Source: Verrucomicrobiota bacterium
Lineage (GTDB): Bacteria > Verrucomicrobiota > Verrucomicrobiia > Opitutales > Opitutaceae
Direction of reading: 5' to 3'
DNA: 49,694 nucleotides
Assembly: GCA_043783345.1 (NCBI GenBank)
Contig: JAYVZM010000411.1
Coordinates: 1-49,694 of the forward strand
Made by a program: the position numbers and the translations under genes. The notes beneath the pieces are model-generated. The model worked only from the letters and a program-made list of their open reading frames with translations, was not told where the DNA came from and searched no databases. This document shows, one piece after another, positions 33,949 through 42,418 of the stretch (its first letter is position 1; the number at the start of each line of letters is the position of its first letter).

Positions 33949-36002
33949 TGGTTTGGCACGGAAAAGCGGGGCAGGTAACAACGGATGAGCGCGAGCGTGG
34001 CCAGTGCGGCGAGGAACCAGCCGCTCGGTGCGCCGCCACCGCCACCGCTGCCGCCTCCAGAGGGCGGCGGTGGCGGTGGTTGGGTGGTCACGGTGACTGT
34101 GGCGCTACTGCTCGTGACAGCTCCCGCGAGATTTGAGACGGTGACCGTGTAGGCACCGGCGTCCGCGGAGGCTGACGTTTTCGCGTAGCTCGAGGCTGTC
34201 GCGCCGGAAATCGCGCTGCCGTCTTTCGACCACTGATATGAGAGGCCTCCGCCAGTGGCGGTGACACTCAGGCTGAAATTCGAACCGCTGGTCGCGGAAA
34301 CATTCTGCGGCTGCGTGGTGATGGCCGGAGCGACGATCGCGGCGCCGAACGCGGCGATCGTCGCGGCATTGTCGTTGAGGACTTTCGCATTGTAGGCAGC
34401 TCTCGGATCGGTGACGGGAAGGCCGAGCGGGAGCGTTCCCCAATCAACGTCGATGTTTGTCCCCGAATAGTCGGCAAGGGCGCTTGTGACGCGGACACTG
34501 ATGTTCGGGTTGCTGAAATACGGAATGACCGAACTACCATAGCTCATAATCGTTCCGGCTGTTCGTGGACTCGTGACTGTGTAGGTGCCGTTCGCAAATG
34601 TCGCGCTAGCCGGAATGGTCGTCGTGGCGCCATTCTCAATGAATGTGAGAGACCCATCCGCATTGACGGTTTTGCTAGCTCCGGGTCCCGGGGTATAAGT
34701 CCATACGAAAGGCGAATTCCAGAGGCTTCCGTAGCAATAGAAACCGTCGGCGTCCCTTGCTTCCAAACCGGTGCCGTTTGCGCCAGCGTTTGCACGGTCG
34801 TGTTGGCATCCAAAATTGTGCCCGAGTTCATGAATTGTGGCCTTGTAGGACGTGCCCCAAAGCGCGATTGCGCGGGCGCGGCCGGCGCTGTTGACTGCGA
34901 TGGCTTTCCCGCCGGTGTGCGCAATGCCGGCTGAGGTCGCTCCTTTTATATTATTGGGGAGCCAAAGAAGAACCTGAGCGGCGCCCGTTTGGTATGCTTG
35001 GCCCGCAACCCAATCGCCGATGGCGCCGCCCGTCGCAATGGCATTTAGATCGAAATCGATCTGCGCGCCGGCGTCGGGCCGCGTGTAGGCCGGCGCCTGC
35101 TTCACGCCAAGGTATTTCCAGCGGAAGGCGGTGACGGCGGAATTCGCCAGAACAACGTTGCCGCTCTCGATGTAGGCCTTGGAGCGGCCGTCGATCGTGT
35201 CGGCCGAGCCGGCCGCCGCGAGCGCAGCGGCGTCATAAAGGAACAGGACACCGACCTGGAGCGCGTCGCCTTCCAGGGCGGAAGATCCAAACGCAACCTC
35301 GCTCGGGCTGCCCGTGTAGTTGCTGCCGACGGTGTAGGAGGCAAGCGCGCCGGTGTATTGCGCCTTGAAGATCGCGCTCGTGGTCGGCGCCTGGGCGGTG
35401 GTGCGGTCGGGCATCACACCGCCGATCGCGCAGCCTTCTTCGCCTGGCTGAGATTCGCTGATGATGGTTTCGCCCTCGGCGTCGGTGTCGAACGCGAACT
35501 GGCTCGAGCCGGGGACAATCATGACGGAGTGGAAGCCGCCGCCGGGTGTCGCCACGGCGACCAGGGAGCTGCCGGGAATTTCGCGGACGGTGCCGAACCA
35601 GGTTACGTAGCGGCCTTCATCTTTGACGGCCGTGCGCTCGAAGGTGAGCGGGAGGTCCGGGTAGGGCGCAACCGTGATCTTCGTCCGGGCTCGGCCGAAG
35701 TCATGCCAGCTTGCGGGTAGTTCGTCCTGGCCTGGGTAAGCGGCCCTCGTGCTGGCGGGCGCCGGCTCGGGCGGTTGCGCGGCGACCGCAGCGCGAGGCG
35801 CGATCGCCGGCAACCGGCGGGCTGCAGACTCCCCAGTCTTTCGGCCCGCTGGGGATTCGCGCTCCGGCACACACACGACCGGGGCCCGGGGGTTCGGCAA
35901 GATGGTGGAAGCGGTCCGCGACGGCGAGCGGAACGTGAGGACGGCGAACGACCCTGCGAGAGCAAGGGTCGTGATAAGCAGGGGGATTCTGCGGCTTTTC
36001 AT
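33945..36002 (-). CDS. Metzincin (M12/reprolysin-like) zinc metalloprotease with Ig domain and GlyGly-CTERM-like anchor
   Basis: HELGHNFGCQH zinc motif, Met-turn GTIMSY, Ig domain APAITTQP...SYQWSKDG, and tail PPPPPPSGGGSGGGGGAPSGWFLAALATLALIR. Confidence 0.88.
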   Translation of the reverse strand: MKSRRIPLLITTLALAGSFAVLTFRSPSRTASTILPNPRAPVVCVPERESPAGRKTGESAARRLPAIAPRAAVAAQPPEPAPASTRAAYPGQDELPASWHDFGRARTKITVAPYPDLPLTFERTAVKDEGRYVTWFGTVREIPGSSLVAVATPGGGFHSVMIVPGSSQFAFDTDAEGETIISESQPGEEGCAIGGVMPDRTTAQAPTTSAIFKAQYTGALASYTVGSNYTGSPSEVAFGSSALEGDALQVGVLFLYDAAALAAAGSADTIDGRSKAYIESGNVVLANSAVTAFRWKYLGVKQAPAYTRPDAGAQIDFDLNAIATGGAIGDWVAGQAYQTGAAQVLLWLPNNIKGATSAGIAHTGGKAIAVNSAGRARAIALWGTSYKATIHELGHNFGCQHDRANAGANGTGLEARDADGFYCYGSLWNSPFVWTYTPGPGASKTVNADGSLTFIENGATTTIPASATFANGTYTVTSPRTAGTIMSYGSSVIPYFSNPNISVRVTSALADYSGTNIDVDWGTLPLGLPVTDPRAAYNAKVLNDNAATIAAFGAAIVAPAITTQPQNVSATSGSNFSLSVTATGGGLSYQWSKDGSAISGATASSYAKTSASADAGAYTVTVSNLAGAVTSSSATVTVTTQPPPPPPSGGGSGGGGGAPSGWFLAALATLALIRCYLPRFSVPNQ

Positions 36003-36018
36003 TGGGAGCTAGTGTTTA

Positions 36019-36031
36019 TACTAACTTATTA
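36019..36031. promoter_or_regulatory. Palindromic operator upstream of the protease-pilus operon
   Basis: TACTAACTTATTA. The extended match TAACTTA(g/t)TATGTTT is 14/15 identical to 1260-1274. The minus strand also reads TTGCCG-N18-CATAAT. Confidence 0.6.
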
Positions 36032-36145
36032 TGTTTGGATAAAACATTGCCCGGCAAAGTCAATGGCGAGACTTGGCCGGGCAGGACTGGAGAGTGAAAG
36101 GATTGTAAAAACAGGCCTTTCCCTCTCGGTGGGTGTTTCCAGCGG

Positions 36146-36802
36146 TCACGCCTGGCGACCCGCAGGCTCCAAGCGTTCGAGGGCGCCTTTCACGTCCTCG
36201 ATGTAGAGCATTCCCTGGTCCCGACCGAAAAGCGCGGAGAGCACCAAGAGGAAATCCTTGGTCAGCTCGTCGTCCATGTAGTTGAGACGGGAAAGATCGG
36301 CGGGCTCGCCCTGCACAATCGACGCAAGCAGCGCGCGCAGGCCCCGACCGGAAGAGGCGGCGCTGTGGCCGCGGATGAACTCGACCAGACGGTTGAGCGC
36401 GTCGCGGTGGGCGCCCCCGGTCGTCCACCAATGCAGCCAATCGGCGCCCGCCTCGCTACCGGCGGCCTCCACGAAGGCGTGCCGAATTTCTTTGTCGGAA
36501 AAACCCTCCTTGCCGCAGCCGAGGATAACGGCAACGAGATCCTTCTGGAGTGACCAGTCCAGGCCACGGATGTCATCCAGGCGAACCTCGAGTGCTTCGC
36601 TGCCGTTGTAACAGGAAGCGAGACAGCGGGTGATGATGGTCGCCTGGGAATTGTCGTGGCCGTAGGCCGCGCGCGCCAGGCGCGGGAGGGCGTCGCGACC
36701 GGCCGCCGCGGCGGCCTTGCCTTCCTTGTCGGCGATCGTGATGGCTGCAAAAAATTCTTTGAGTGCGGCCTGTTCTTCTGGACTGCGATGCGGAGTCGTC
36801 AT
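36146..36802 (-). CDS. Hypothetical protein with an internally duplicated helical domain
   Basis: 218 aa from ATG 36802. RDALPRL..GHD.S....LAS....L..LD..L.KDL recurs as RDALNRL..GHS.....LLAS....DL..MD..L.KDF. Confidence 0.7.
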   Translation of the reverse strand: MTTPHRSPEEQAALKEFFAAITIADKEGKAAAAAGRDALPRLARAAYGHDNSQATIITRCLASCYNGSEALEVRLDDIRGLDWSLQKDLVAVILGCGKEGFSDKEIRHAFVEAAGSEAGADWLHWWTTGGAHRDALNRLVEFIRGHSAASSGRGLRALLASIVQGEPADLSRLNYMDDELTKDFLLVLSALFGRDQGMLYIEDVKGALERLEPAGRQA

Positions 36803-36859
36803 GGGAGTTTTTGTTTTTGGAGTCTGCGGATCGGGTTGGTTGCGCGTGGCCCTCGCGCA

Positions 36860-36895
36860 AGACCTAGCTTGGCTAGCCCAGCTAGCCAAGCAAGC
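36860..36895. repeat. 9-bp nnnGCTAGC array, site I
   Basis: agacctagc ttggctagc ccagctagc caagcaagc. Confidence 0.7.
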
Positions 36896-36928
36896 CCTAA
36901 AACAACTCTAGCGGAAAAACCCGGCGCG

Positions 36929-38203
36929 TCACTGCTGGATACGGAAACGCGGATCCTGCTTTTGCCGGGCCGCGGCTTCGGTCGCAATTGAGACGGTCGC
37001 CCGGCGCAACGGCTCATGCAGTGCAATGGGGTAGAGCGCGGCCAGGGTCGAGAGGGGGGTGGCGAGCGCGTATTGGTGCTGCGAAAACGCTTCGACCAAG
37101 CCCGCGGCCACCAGCGCGTCCAGGGACCGTTTGATCGTGCCGGGGTTCATGTTCACGATTTCCGTGTTCATCCGCGTTAGCGGGTTGATGCCAGGGTTGA
37201 GGCCGACGAAGCGAAGGACGTGGGTCTGCCGGGCTGAAAGGGTGCGAATCTGCGGCTGGGTCGTCTGCGTTGTGAGGACGGTGTGAAGCAACGCCTCGCG
37301 CTGCTTCGCGTCGAAGAGCATCTCCCCTGGTTTGGTCATGTCCCACAGGGTGGCGCACACCTCCGCCACCTCGCCGATCTTGCCCGCCATGAGCGAAGTC
37401 GCGGCGCGGAGCGAATCAAGCTGCCGGCCGCCACGGCGGAAGACCGGCACGGCCCATTCATCGACTTCCGCTCCGGTCAGCGGAGGGACGGCAATTGCGG
37501 TCCCCAGGTGAAGCAGCGGCGCACGCGGGCCGGAATCGAGCTGCGAAAACAGGCGCTGGTTGGAACCGGCGAAAACATAGCGGCAAGCCGTGTGATGCTG
37601 GATTTCGTTGCGGATCGCCCAGACGGTCGGGACCTCCGGCCGTGCCAAAACGAGCTCTTGGATCTCGTCGAAGAGAATTATCGGCCGCATTTTCAGCTTC
37701 ACGGCCGCGAGCTCAAGGCGGCGCAGCCGATACGCGATTTCGATGTCCGGGTCGGCGTAGGGCGCCGCCTTGGCCGGCTGTTCGTCCTTCCGGGCCGCGG
37801 AGAGCTTCGCCGTCAACCCGGCGAACGCGGCTCCTATCTCGGAACCGATCGTGCGCGACGTGCTCCGGGTTTGCTTCTTTTCCATCTCAGCAACCGCCGC
37901 GTGGAGCTTCTTGTGGGCGGAGTGGGGCACGTCGGCCAAGGCCTGGAATTCCTTATCGAGGATATTCCAGAGGATTTCCCCCGGATGCGCGACGTCGGCC
38001 GGGATGGCCTTCAGTGTGACGGCCAGCAGCGGAACGGCTTTTGAGCGCGCGTAGAATGAAACAAGTTCGGTCTTCCCAACCCGGCGGGGCCCGATGAGGC
38101 GAACGATCGCCTTGTCGGCCTCAAGCGCGGAGGCAAATTGATGGTCAATGGGGCGAACGAGGCGCGGAGTATCAACACGGAATGGATTGCGAGCGGAGGC
38201 CAT
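36929..38203 (-). CDS. AAA/archaeal-type P-loop ATPase with probable C-terminal winged helix
   Basis: NPF, LIGPRRVGKT, ILFDEIQ, VFAGS; C-terminal LS..Q..VL...I.RSL..LV..GLV. ATG 38203, 424 aa. Confidence 0.8.
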   Translation of the reverse strand: MASARNPFRVDTPRLVRPIDHQFASALEADKAIVRLIGPRRVGKTELVSFYARSKAVPLLAVTLKAIPADVAHPGEILWNILDKEFQALADVPHSAHKKLHAAVAEMEKKQTRSTSRTIGSEIGAAFAGLTAKLSAARKDEQPAKAAPYADPDIEIAYRLRRLELAAVKLKMRPIILFDEIQELVLARPEVPTVWAIRNEIQHHTACRYVFAGSNQRLFSQLDSGPRAPLLHLGTAIAVPPLTGAEVDEWAVPVFRRGGRQLDSLRAATSLMAGKIGEVAEVCATLWDMTKPGEMLFDAKQREALLHTVLTTQTTQPQIRTLSARQTHVLRFVGLNPGINPLTRMNTEIVNMNPGTIKRSLDALVAAGLVEAFSQHQYALATPLSTLAALYPIALHEPLRRATVSIATEAAARQKQDPRFRIQQ

Positions 38204-38242
38204 GCTTGCAAACTTGCAAGTATGCTTGCAGATTTGCAAGCA
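38203..38242. promoter_or_regulatory. 40-bp near-perfect palindrome of four TTGCA units
   Basis: TGCTTGCAAACTTGCAAGTA|TGCTTGCAGATTTGCAAGCA fills the gap upstream of the ATPase. Confidence 0.65.
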
Positions 38243-38246
38243 CTCT

Positions 38247-39236
38247 TCATTGCGCCGTATAAACCGTGCGGCCGCGGATTGTCTGCTCAGTGAGCTTGGC
38301 GTTCGCCCAACTCGACCCGACCCATAGCCGAACCACGCGGCCCTCGAGGAGCCCGGAAAGGGTGTTCGTGCCGGAACCGGCCGCAAAGAGGGTCGCCGGG
38401 GCGGCCGTCACGCCCGGCGTGTAGGTCGCCAGCGTGTTGTAGGCGACCCAAACCTGGTCGGTCGGGTGCAGGCAGTTGACCACCAGGTCATGCCGGCGCT
38501 GCGTGATCCGAACCACGCGAAGACGCGGGAGGCGTGACTTGCCCGGCGAATCCGAATTCCAGTTCGTAGCCTGGTCGGTCGTCAGGCCGCTCGTCCAGGT
38601 CGCCGGCAACGTGGCATCGCTGCGGTCCCAAGCGGTATTCCAAATATCATCGAACCAGGCTTGCGAGTTGACGTAGGCGGGGAGGGCGAGTTCGTCCGAA
38701 CGACCGACAACGGAGACAAGCAGGTAGCGTTGGCGGTTGGTTTCCGCCGGGGCCTTGATGAGGAGCCGCGGGCGATCGGCCGCGGAGAAAAGCAGGTCGT
38801 AGATCGCGGATTGGGTGGTCTTCGTGACGGCCGCGCCGGCGGCCACGGTAATGCCCCGCGCCCGCGCGATCCGAGAGAACCATTCGTTGCCGGTAATAGA
38901 GGGGTAGGCCGGGGCGGTCGAGGTGGAGAAGGTGGCGACCGTAACCGTGCCGTCGATGTCGTCGGTGACGGCGCCGCCGGCGACCATGCCGGGATTGGAG
39001 GTGGCGCTGACATTGAGCGTGCCCAGTTCGCGGGTCTCAAACGACTGCTCGATGTCTTTCTTCAAGTCGGCGAGCGCGGTGTCCTCGCGCGTCGTCTGCG
39101 CGCGAATCAGCGCGCTCGAGACGGCGGGTGGAATCAGAAACCCGAGAATGAGCGTGGCGATCGTGACGACCACCAGCAGCTCGATGAGGGTGAAGGCGGC
39201 TTGCGGCCGCCGTGGAGAGGGAAGGTTCTTAGACAT
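38247..39236 (-). CDS. Large minor type IV pilin / pseudopilin
   Basis: MSKNLPSPRRPQAA|FTLIELLVVVTI, 329 aa from ATG 39236. Confidence 0.85.
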   Translation of the reverse strand: MSKNLPSPRRPQAAFTLIELLVVVTIATLILGFLIPPAVSSALIRAQTTREDTALADLKKDIEQSFETRELGTLNVSATSNPGMVAGGAVTDDIDGTVTVATFSTSTAPAYPSITGNEWFSRIARARGITVAAGAAVTKTTQSAIYDLLFSAADRPRLLIKAPAETNRQRYLLVSVVGRSDELALPAYVNSQAWFDDIWNTAWDRSDATLPATWTSGLTTDQATNWNSDSPGKSRLPRLRVVRITQRRHDLVVNCLHPTDQVWVAYNTLATYTPGVTAAPATLFAAGSGTNTLSGLLEGRVVRLWVGSSWANAKLTEQTIRGRTVYTAQ

Positions 39237-40434
39237 ATTTGAAAAACTCCGCCATGGGGATGAAGAGCGCGAGGAGCACGGCGCCGATGACGACGCCCAT
39301 GCACACAATGAGGGCAGGGCCGAGCCAACCCAGAGCCGCGGAGACGGCCTCGTTGGCTTCGGTCTCGTATTGGTCAGCGAGGAGCTTGAGCGTTTCGGGC
39401 AGCGCGCCGGTCTCTTCGGCCGTGGCGATCGCCGAAATCGCCTCGGGGGGCAGGTAGCCGCTGCGGCGCAGCGCGGTGCCCAAGTTCGCGCCGGCATCGT
39501 GCATCTCGCGGCGGAGGCGGCGGATTTCGGCGCGCGCGGCCCGGTTGGCGAACATTTCGGAGCAGAGGGCAAGGGTCTCGTCGGCTGTCGCCCCCGACAG
39601 GAGCAGGGCGCGATAGTTCTTGGAAAAGAGCGTCGTGAAAATCGCCTTGTAGATTTTCGAATAGAGCGGCAGCCGGAGGATGGCGCGATCGAGGACCAGG
39701 GCGAGGCGGTCGTTGGCACGGATGCGATTGAACGCGAAGGCGGCGAGCGCGCCGGCGGCAGCGATGAAAAGGCCGTTCGCCCGGAACCACTCGGCGATGC
39801 CGAGGACCGCGACCGTGTAGGCGGGCAACGTCATGTTGAACGCCGCGAGAAGGGTTTTGAAGCGGGGCACGAACCACACCAGAAAGAACACGAGGTAGGC
39901 GGTGCCCAGGAAGATGAGCATTCCGGGATAGGCGGTGGAACGGCGGACCGTGGAACGGATGCGCTCCTGGAAGAGCAGCCAATCCGCCACGTCGTTCAAG
40001 CGCTCGGCCATGGCGTCGGGACCGTTGCCCTCGCCGGCGGCGAGAATCGCGCGGAGGTGGGGCGGCAGCACGCGGGGGAACGCGCCCAGCGCGGAGGTGA
40101 ACGACACCCGCGCGATCGAGAGAGCTCCGTGCACCTGTTGGAGCATTTCGCGCACGGGGCGCGAGCTGTGGCTGTCCTTGAGCGACCCGACGGCCTGCAT
40201 TTCCGGCACACCGCATCGGATCTGCATTCCCAGCTGGCGGAACAGCCAGGCGGTTGTTTTTGGTGGCAGTCTCAGCCGCTGCAGGCGCGCGGAGCTGGCC
40301 ACCTCGTCCACGTCGATGGGGAAGACGCCGCGGAGCCGCAACGCGGCGCGCACGACTTCGGAGCTCGTGCTTTGGATCTCCTCGGTGATTTCCCGTCCGC
40401 TCGCGAGAGCGTAAGTGGCGCGGTAGGTCGGCAT
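39229..40434 (-). CDS. pilC: PilC/GspF inner-membrane platform protein
   Basis: MPTY.A..., LFRQLG, AGE, YP...LV.FVPRF, LP.YT, LRLP, AEETGAL; three TM segments. Confidence 0.92.
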   Translation of the reverse strand: MPTYRATYALASGREITEEIQSTSSEVVRAALRLRGVFPIDVDEVASSARLQRLRLPPKTTAWLFRQLGMQIRCGVPEMQAVGSLKDSHSSRPVREMLQQVHGALSIARVSFTSALGAFPRVLPPHLRAILAAGEGNGPDAMAERLNDVADWLLFQERIRSTVRRSTAYPGMLIFLGTAYLVFFLVWFVPRFKTLLAAFNMTLPAYTVAVLGIAEWFRANGLFIAAAGALAAFAFNRIRANDRLALVLDRAILRLPLYSKIYKAIFTTLFSKNYRALLLSGATADETLALCSEMFANRAARAEIRRLRREMHDAGANLGTALRRSGYLPPEAISAIATAEETGALPETLKLLADQYETEANEAVSAALGWLGPALIVCMGVVIGAVLLALFIPMAEFFKYV

Positions 40435-40440
40435 GGCGAA

Positions 40441-41358
40441 TTACTGCGGGATGCGGACGGTCACCGGATGCTCGCGGGCGAGCGGTATTTGGAGCAGGAA
40501 CGGCGCGCGGAACAGGTAGATCGAATCGCGCGCGATGCCGACGACCTTGAAGCCTTCCCAGGCATCGCCGTTGTTGAGGAGCCGGCCGTTGACGGTCGCG
40601 GTGGGCCGCGGGCCCGGCGCCGTGCCGGTCACTGCGATCTGCAGGTCCCGGAACTGGGTCTCGAGTTGGTGGCGGCGAACAAACGGGTTCGGTTCGTTGC
40701 GATCGATCTGCTCGAGGAGTTCGGGCGAGAGCACGATCGCCCCGTCGCTGTTCGGCGTGAGCGCCTTGTTGAAATCGAATTTCTCCGGTGAGGCCGGGAG
40801 GTCGTCCGCCGCTTTCGCGGCGGCGAGAGCTTCGGGCTGCGCTGAGGCTGGGGAGGATGCCGCGGCGGCCGGGGTTCCCTCACGCGGCGCGGCTTTCGTG
40901 TCGGGCGCGGTTGCGTCGTCCGGCTTGTCAGCGGCGGCGCGCAGCTGCGCGTTGTCGTCGGCGAGCAATTCTAATGCCTGGCGCTGCTGGGCGATGAGCT
41001 GTTGCTGGTCCGCCGAGAACGGCGCCAGCGAAGCGGGATCGGCAACGGCGGATATGACGCCGGAAACGGCGCCGCGTGTCGCCGCGGGATTGCGGTTCCA
41101 TCGCTCCGGCAGTTCCTGGCGATAGACGACTCCGGGCCGATACATGAGTTCCGGATGCGTCGGATCGATGATCTGGCCGACGTAGTAGGCTTTGTAGAGG
41201 CTTGGCGTCGTGATGGCTTCGCTCGGCACGATCGTAGCCGGCCCGGTCGTCCCGGGTGTCGCCGGCGCCGGCGGTGGGGCGTAAGGGCGCGCGGCGCAGC
41301 CTGGGAGGAAGATCGTGATCGCGCAGAGCGCTGCGAGGGTAGGGCGGGGCGATGTCAT
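40441..41358 (-). CDS. Two-domain lipoprotein (conjugation-lipoprotein-like N-domain plus PilP/GspB/MshK-like C-domain)
   Basis: Lipobox FLPG|C; N-domain AYYVGQIIDP....MY....VYR.E...W; Ala/Pro linker; C-domain NPF...ATVNGRLL..GD..EGFKVVGI.RDSIYL. Confidence 0.6.
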   Translation of the reverse strand: MTSPRPTLAALCAITIFLPGCAARPYAPPPAPATPGTTGPATIVPSEAITTPSLYKAYYVGQIIDPTHPELMYRPGVVYRQELPERWNRNPAATRGAVSGVISAVADPASLAPFSADQQQLIAQQRQALELLADDNAQLRAAADKPDDATAPDTKAAPREGTPAAAASSPASAQPEALAAAKAADDLPASPEKFDFNKALTPNSDGAIVLSPELLEQIDRNEPNPFVRRHQLETQFRDLQIAVTGTAPGPRPTATVNGRLLNNGDAWEGFKVVGIARDSIYLFRAPFLLQIPLAREHPVTVRIPQ

Positions 41359-42410
41359 TTGGATAAGGTGGGTTCACGCGCAGCGGCCACGGTCGCGGCC
41401 GTGCCGCGACGGGCGAGCTGCGCGTCGATCGCTTGACGGGGGAAAATGTAGAATTCGGTCCCTGCGGTGACTTGGACGTATACGCCGGAGTCCGTGATCT
41501 GTTTGCGGATCTGGTCCGAATACTGTCCGACGTAGGCCTCGGCGGAGGCCAGCGCGGCGTTGCCCAGCGTTGGCAGCGGATTGCGGATGACCTGGCCCGT
41601 CAGCGCGTTGCTGCTGACATCGTATTGCTTGAGCGCCGAGATGCCGCTTTCCAAGGCGGTGCGGGCCGCCGCCTGGATGCGTTCGTTGTTGAGGTCCTGG
41701 ATGAGTTCGCCGCGCAGGCCGGAGCGGCCGTCCGGGTGGCCCCAGGTCTGAGTCAGGGGGTCGTAGTCGCGGGAGAGCGCGCGCCCGTCCACCTGCAGCT
41801 CGAGGCCGTTGTTCTCGTCCCGGGTGCGCCAAACGAACATCCAGCGGCCGTCGGCCGCGATCCGGTCGCGTTCGTGACCGGGGGCCGTGGAATCGAGGAT
41901 CGCTAGGGTGCCGGCGGGAATGACGAGCTGGGAAACGCCGTCCTGGTCGATGTTTCTCATGTCCTCGAGGACGATCGCAATCACGGGCGAGCCGTCGGCC
42001 GTCGAATCGAGCGTGTTGACGAGTTTGCACGGGATGAGGGTGCCGTAGGGCAGATAGCGGGACGAAACGGCGGGGGCCTTCGGCGCCGGCGCGGGCGTCG
42101 CGGGAGTGTAGAAGGTCATCGGTGCGGGCAGCGCGAGGAGGTTCTTGCGCAGTTCGGCCGGGATCTCCCTGGGGGCGTCGTCGCGGTCCGGCCGCTCGGG
42201 CGGCAACGTCAGCTCGGTGACGGTCTTGCCGATTTCCTTGATCGCGCCGGGGACCGCGGGCTTGCGGTTCACGGCTTCGGCCGGAACCGCCGCGGCGCTC
42301 TCGCGCCGCGAGCGCTGAACGACCGTGACGGTGAGCCAAACAAAAAGCGCCAGGACGGCGGCCGCGAGAAACGGCACACTGAACAGAATGCGGATCGTTT
42401 TGGCGAGCAT
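41355..42410 (-). CDS. VirB10/TrbI-like core complex protein
   Basis: N-terminal TM, Pro-rich linker, YLPYGTLIPCKLVNTLDS, VIPAGT, DG..GLRG, V.AGTEFYIF. ATG 42410. Confidence 0.82.
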   Translation of the reverse strand: MLAKTIRILFSVPFLAAAVLALFVWLTVTVVQRSRRESAAAVPAEAVNRKPAVPGAIKEIGKTVTELTLPPERPDRDDAPREIPAELRKNLLALPAPMTFYTPATPAPAPKAPAVSSRYLPYGTLIPCKLVNTLDSTADGSPVIAIVLEDMRNIDQDGVSQLVIPAGTLAILDSTAPGHERDRIAADGRWMFVWRTRDENNGLELQVDGRALSRDYDPLTQTWGHPDGRSGLRGELIQDLNNERIQAAARTALESGISALKQYDVSSNALTGQVIRNPLPTLGNAALASAEAYVGQYSDQIRKQITDSGVYVQVTAGTEFYIFPRQAIDAQLARRGTAATVAAAREPTLSK

Positions 42411-42418
42411 GGCGTGAG

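Noticed and set aside
25071-39236. Shufflon or diversity-generating retroelement acting on the pilins or adhesin
   Set aside because: No recombinase, reverse transcriptase, inverted cassette repeats or template/variable repeat pair was seen.
23112-40434. Plain type II secretion system
   Set aside because: A PilT-family ATPase, large pilins and the lack of a GspG-K-like set favour a pilus. A secretion function is not excluded.
38923-40791. Long + strand ORF (622 aa) and similar antisense ORFs (e.g. 47555..48817, 9737..10699, 1707..2480, 41374..42576)
   Set aside because: They are antisense or frame-shifted shadows of well-supported genes in high-GC DNA and carry no motifs.
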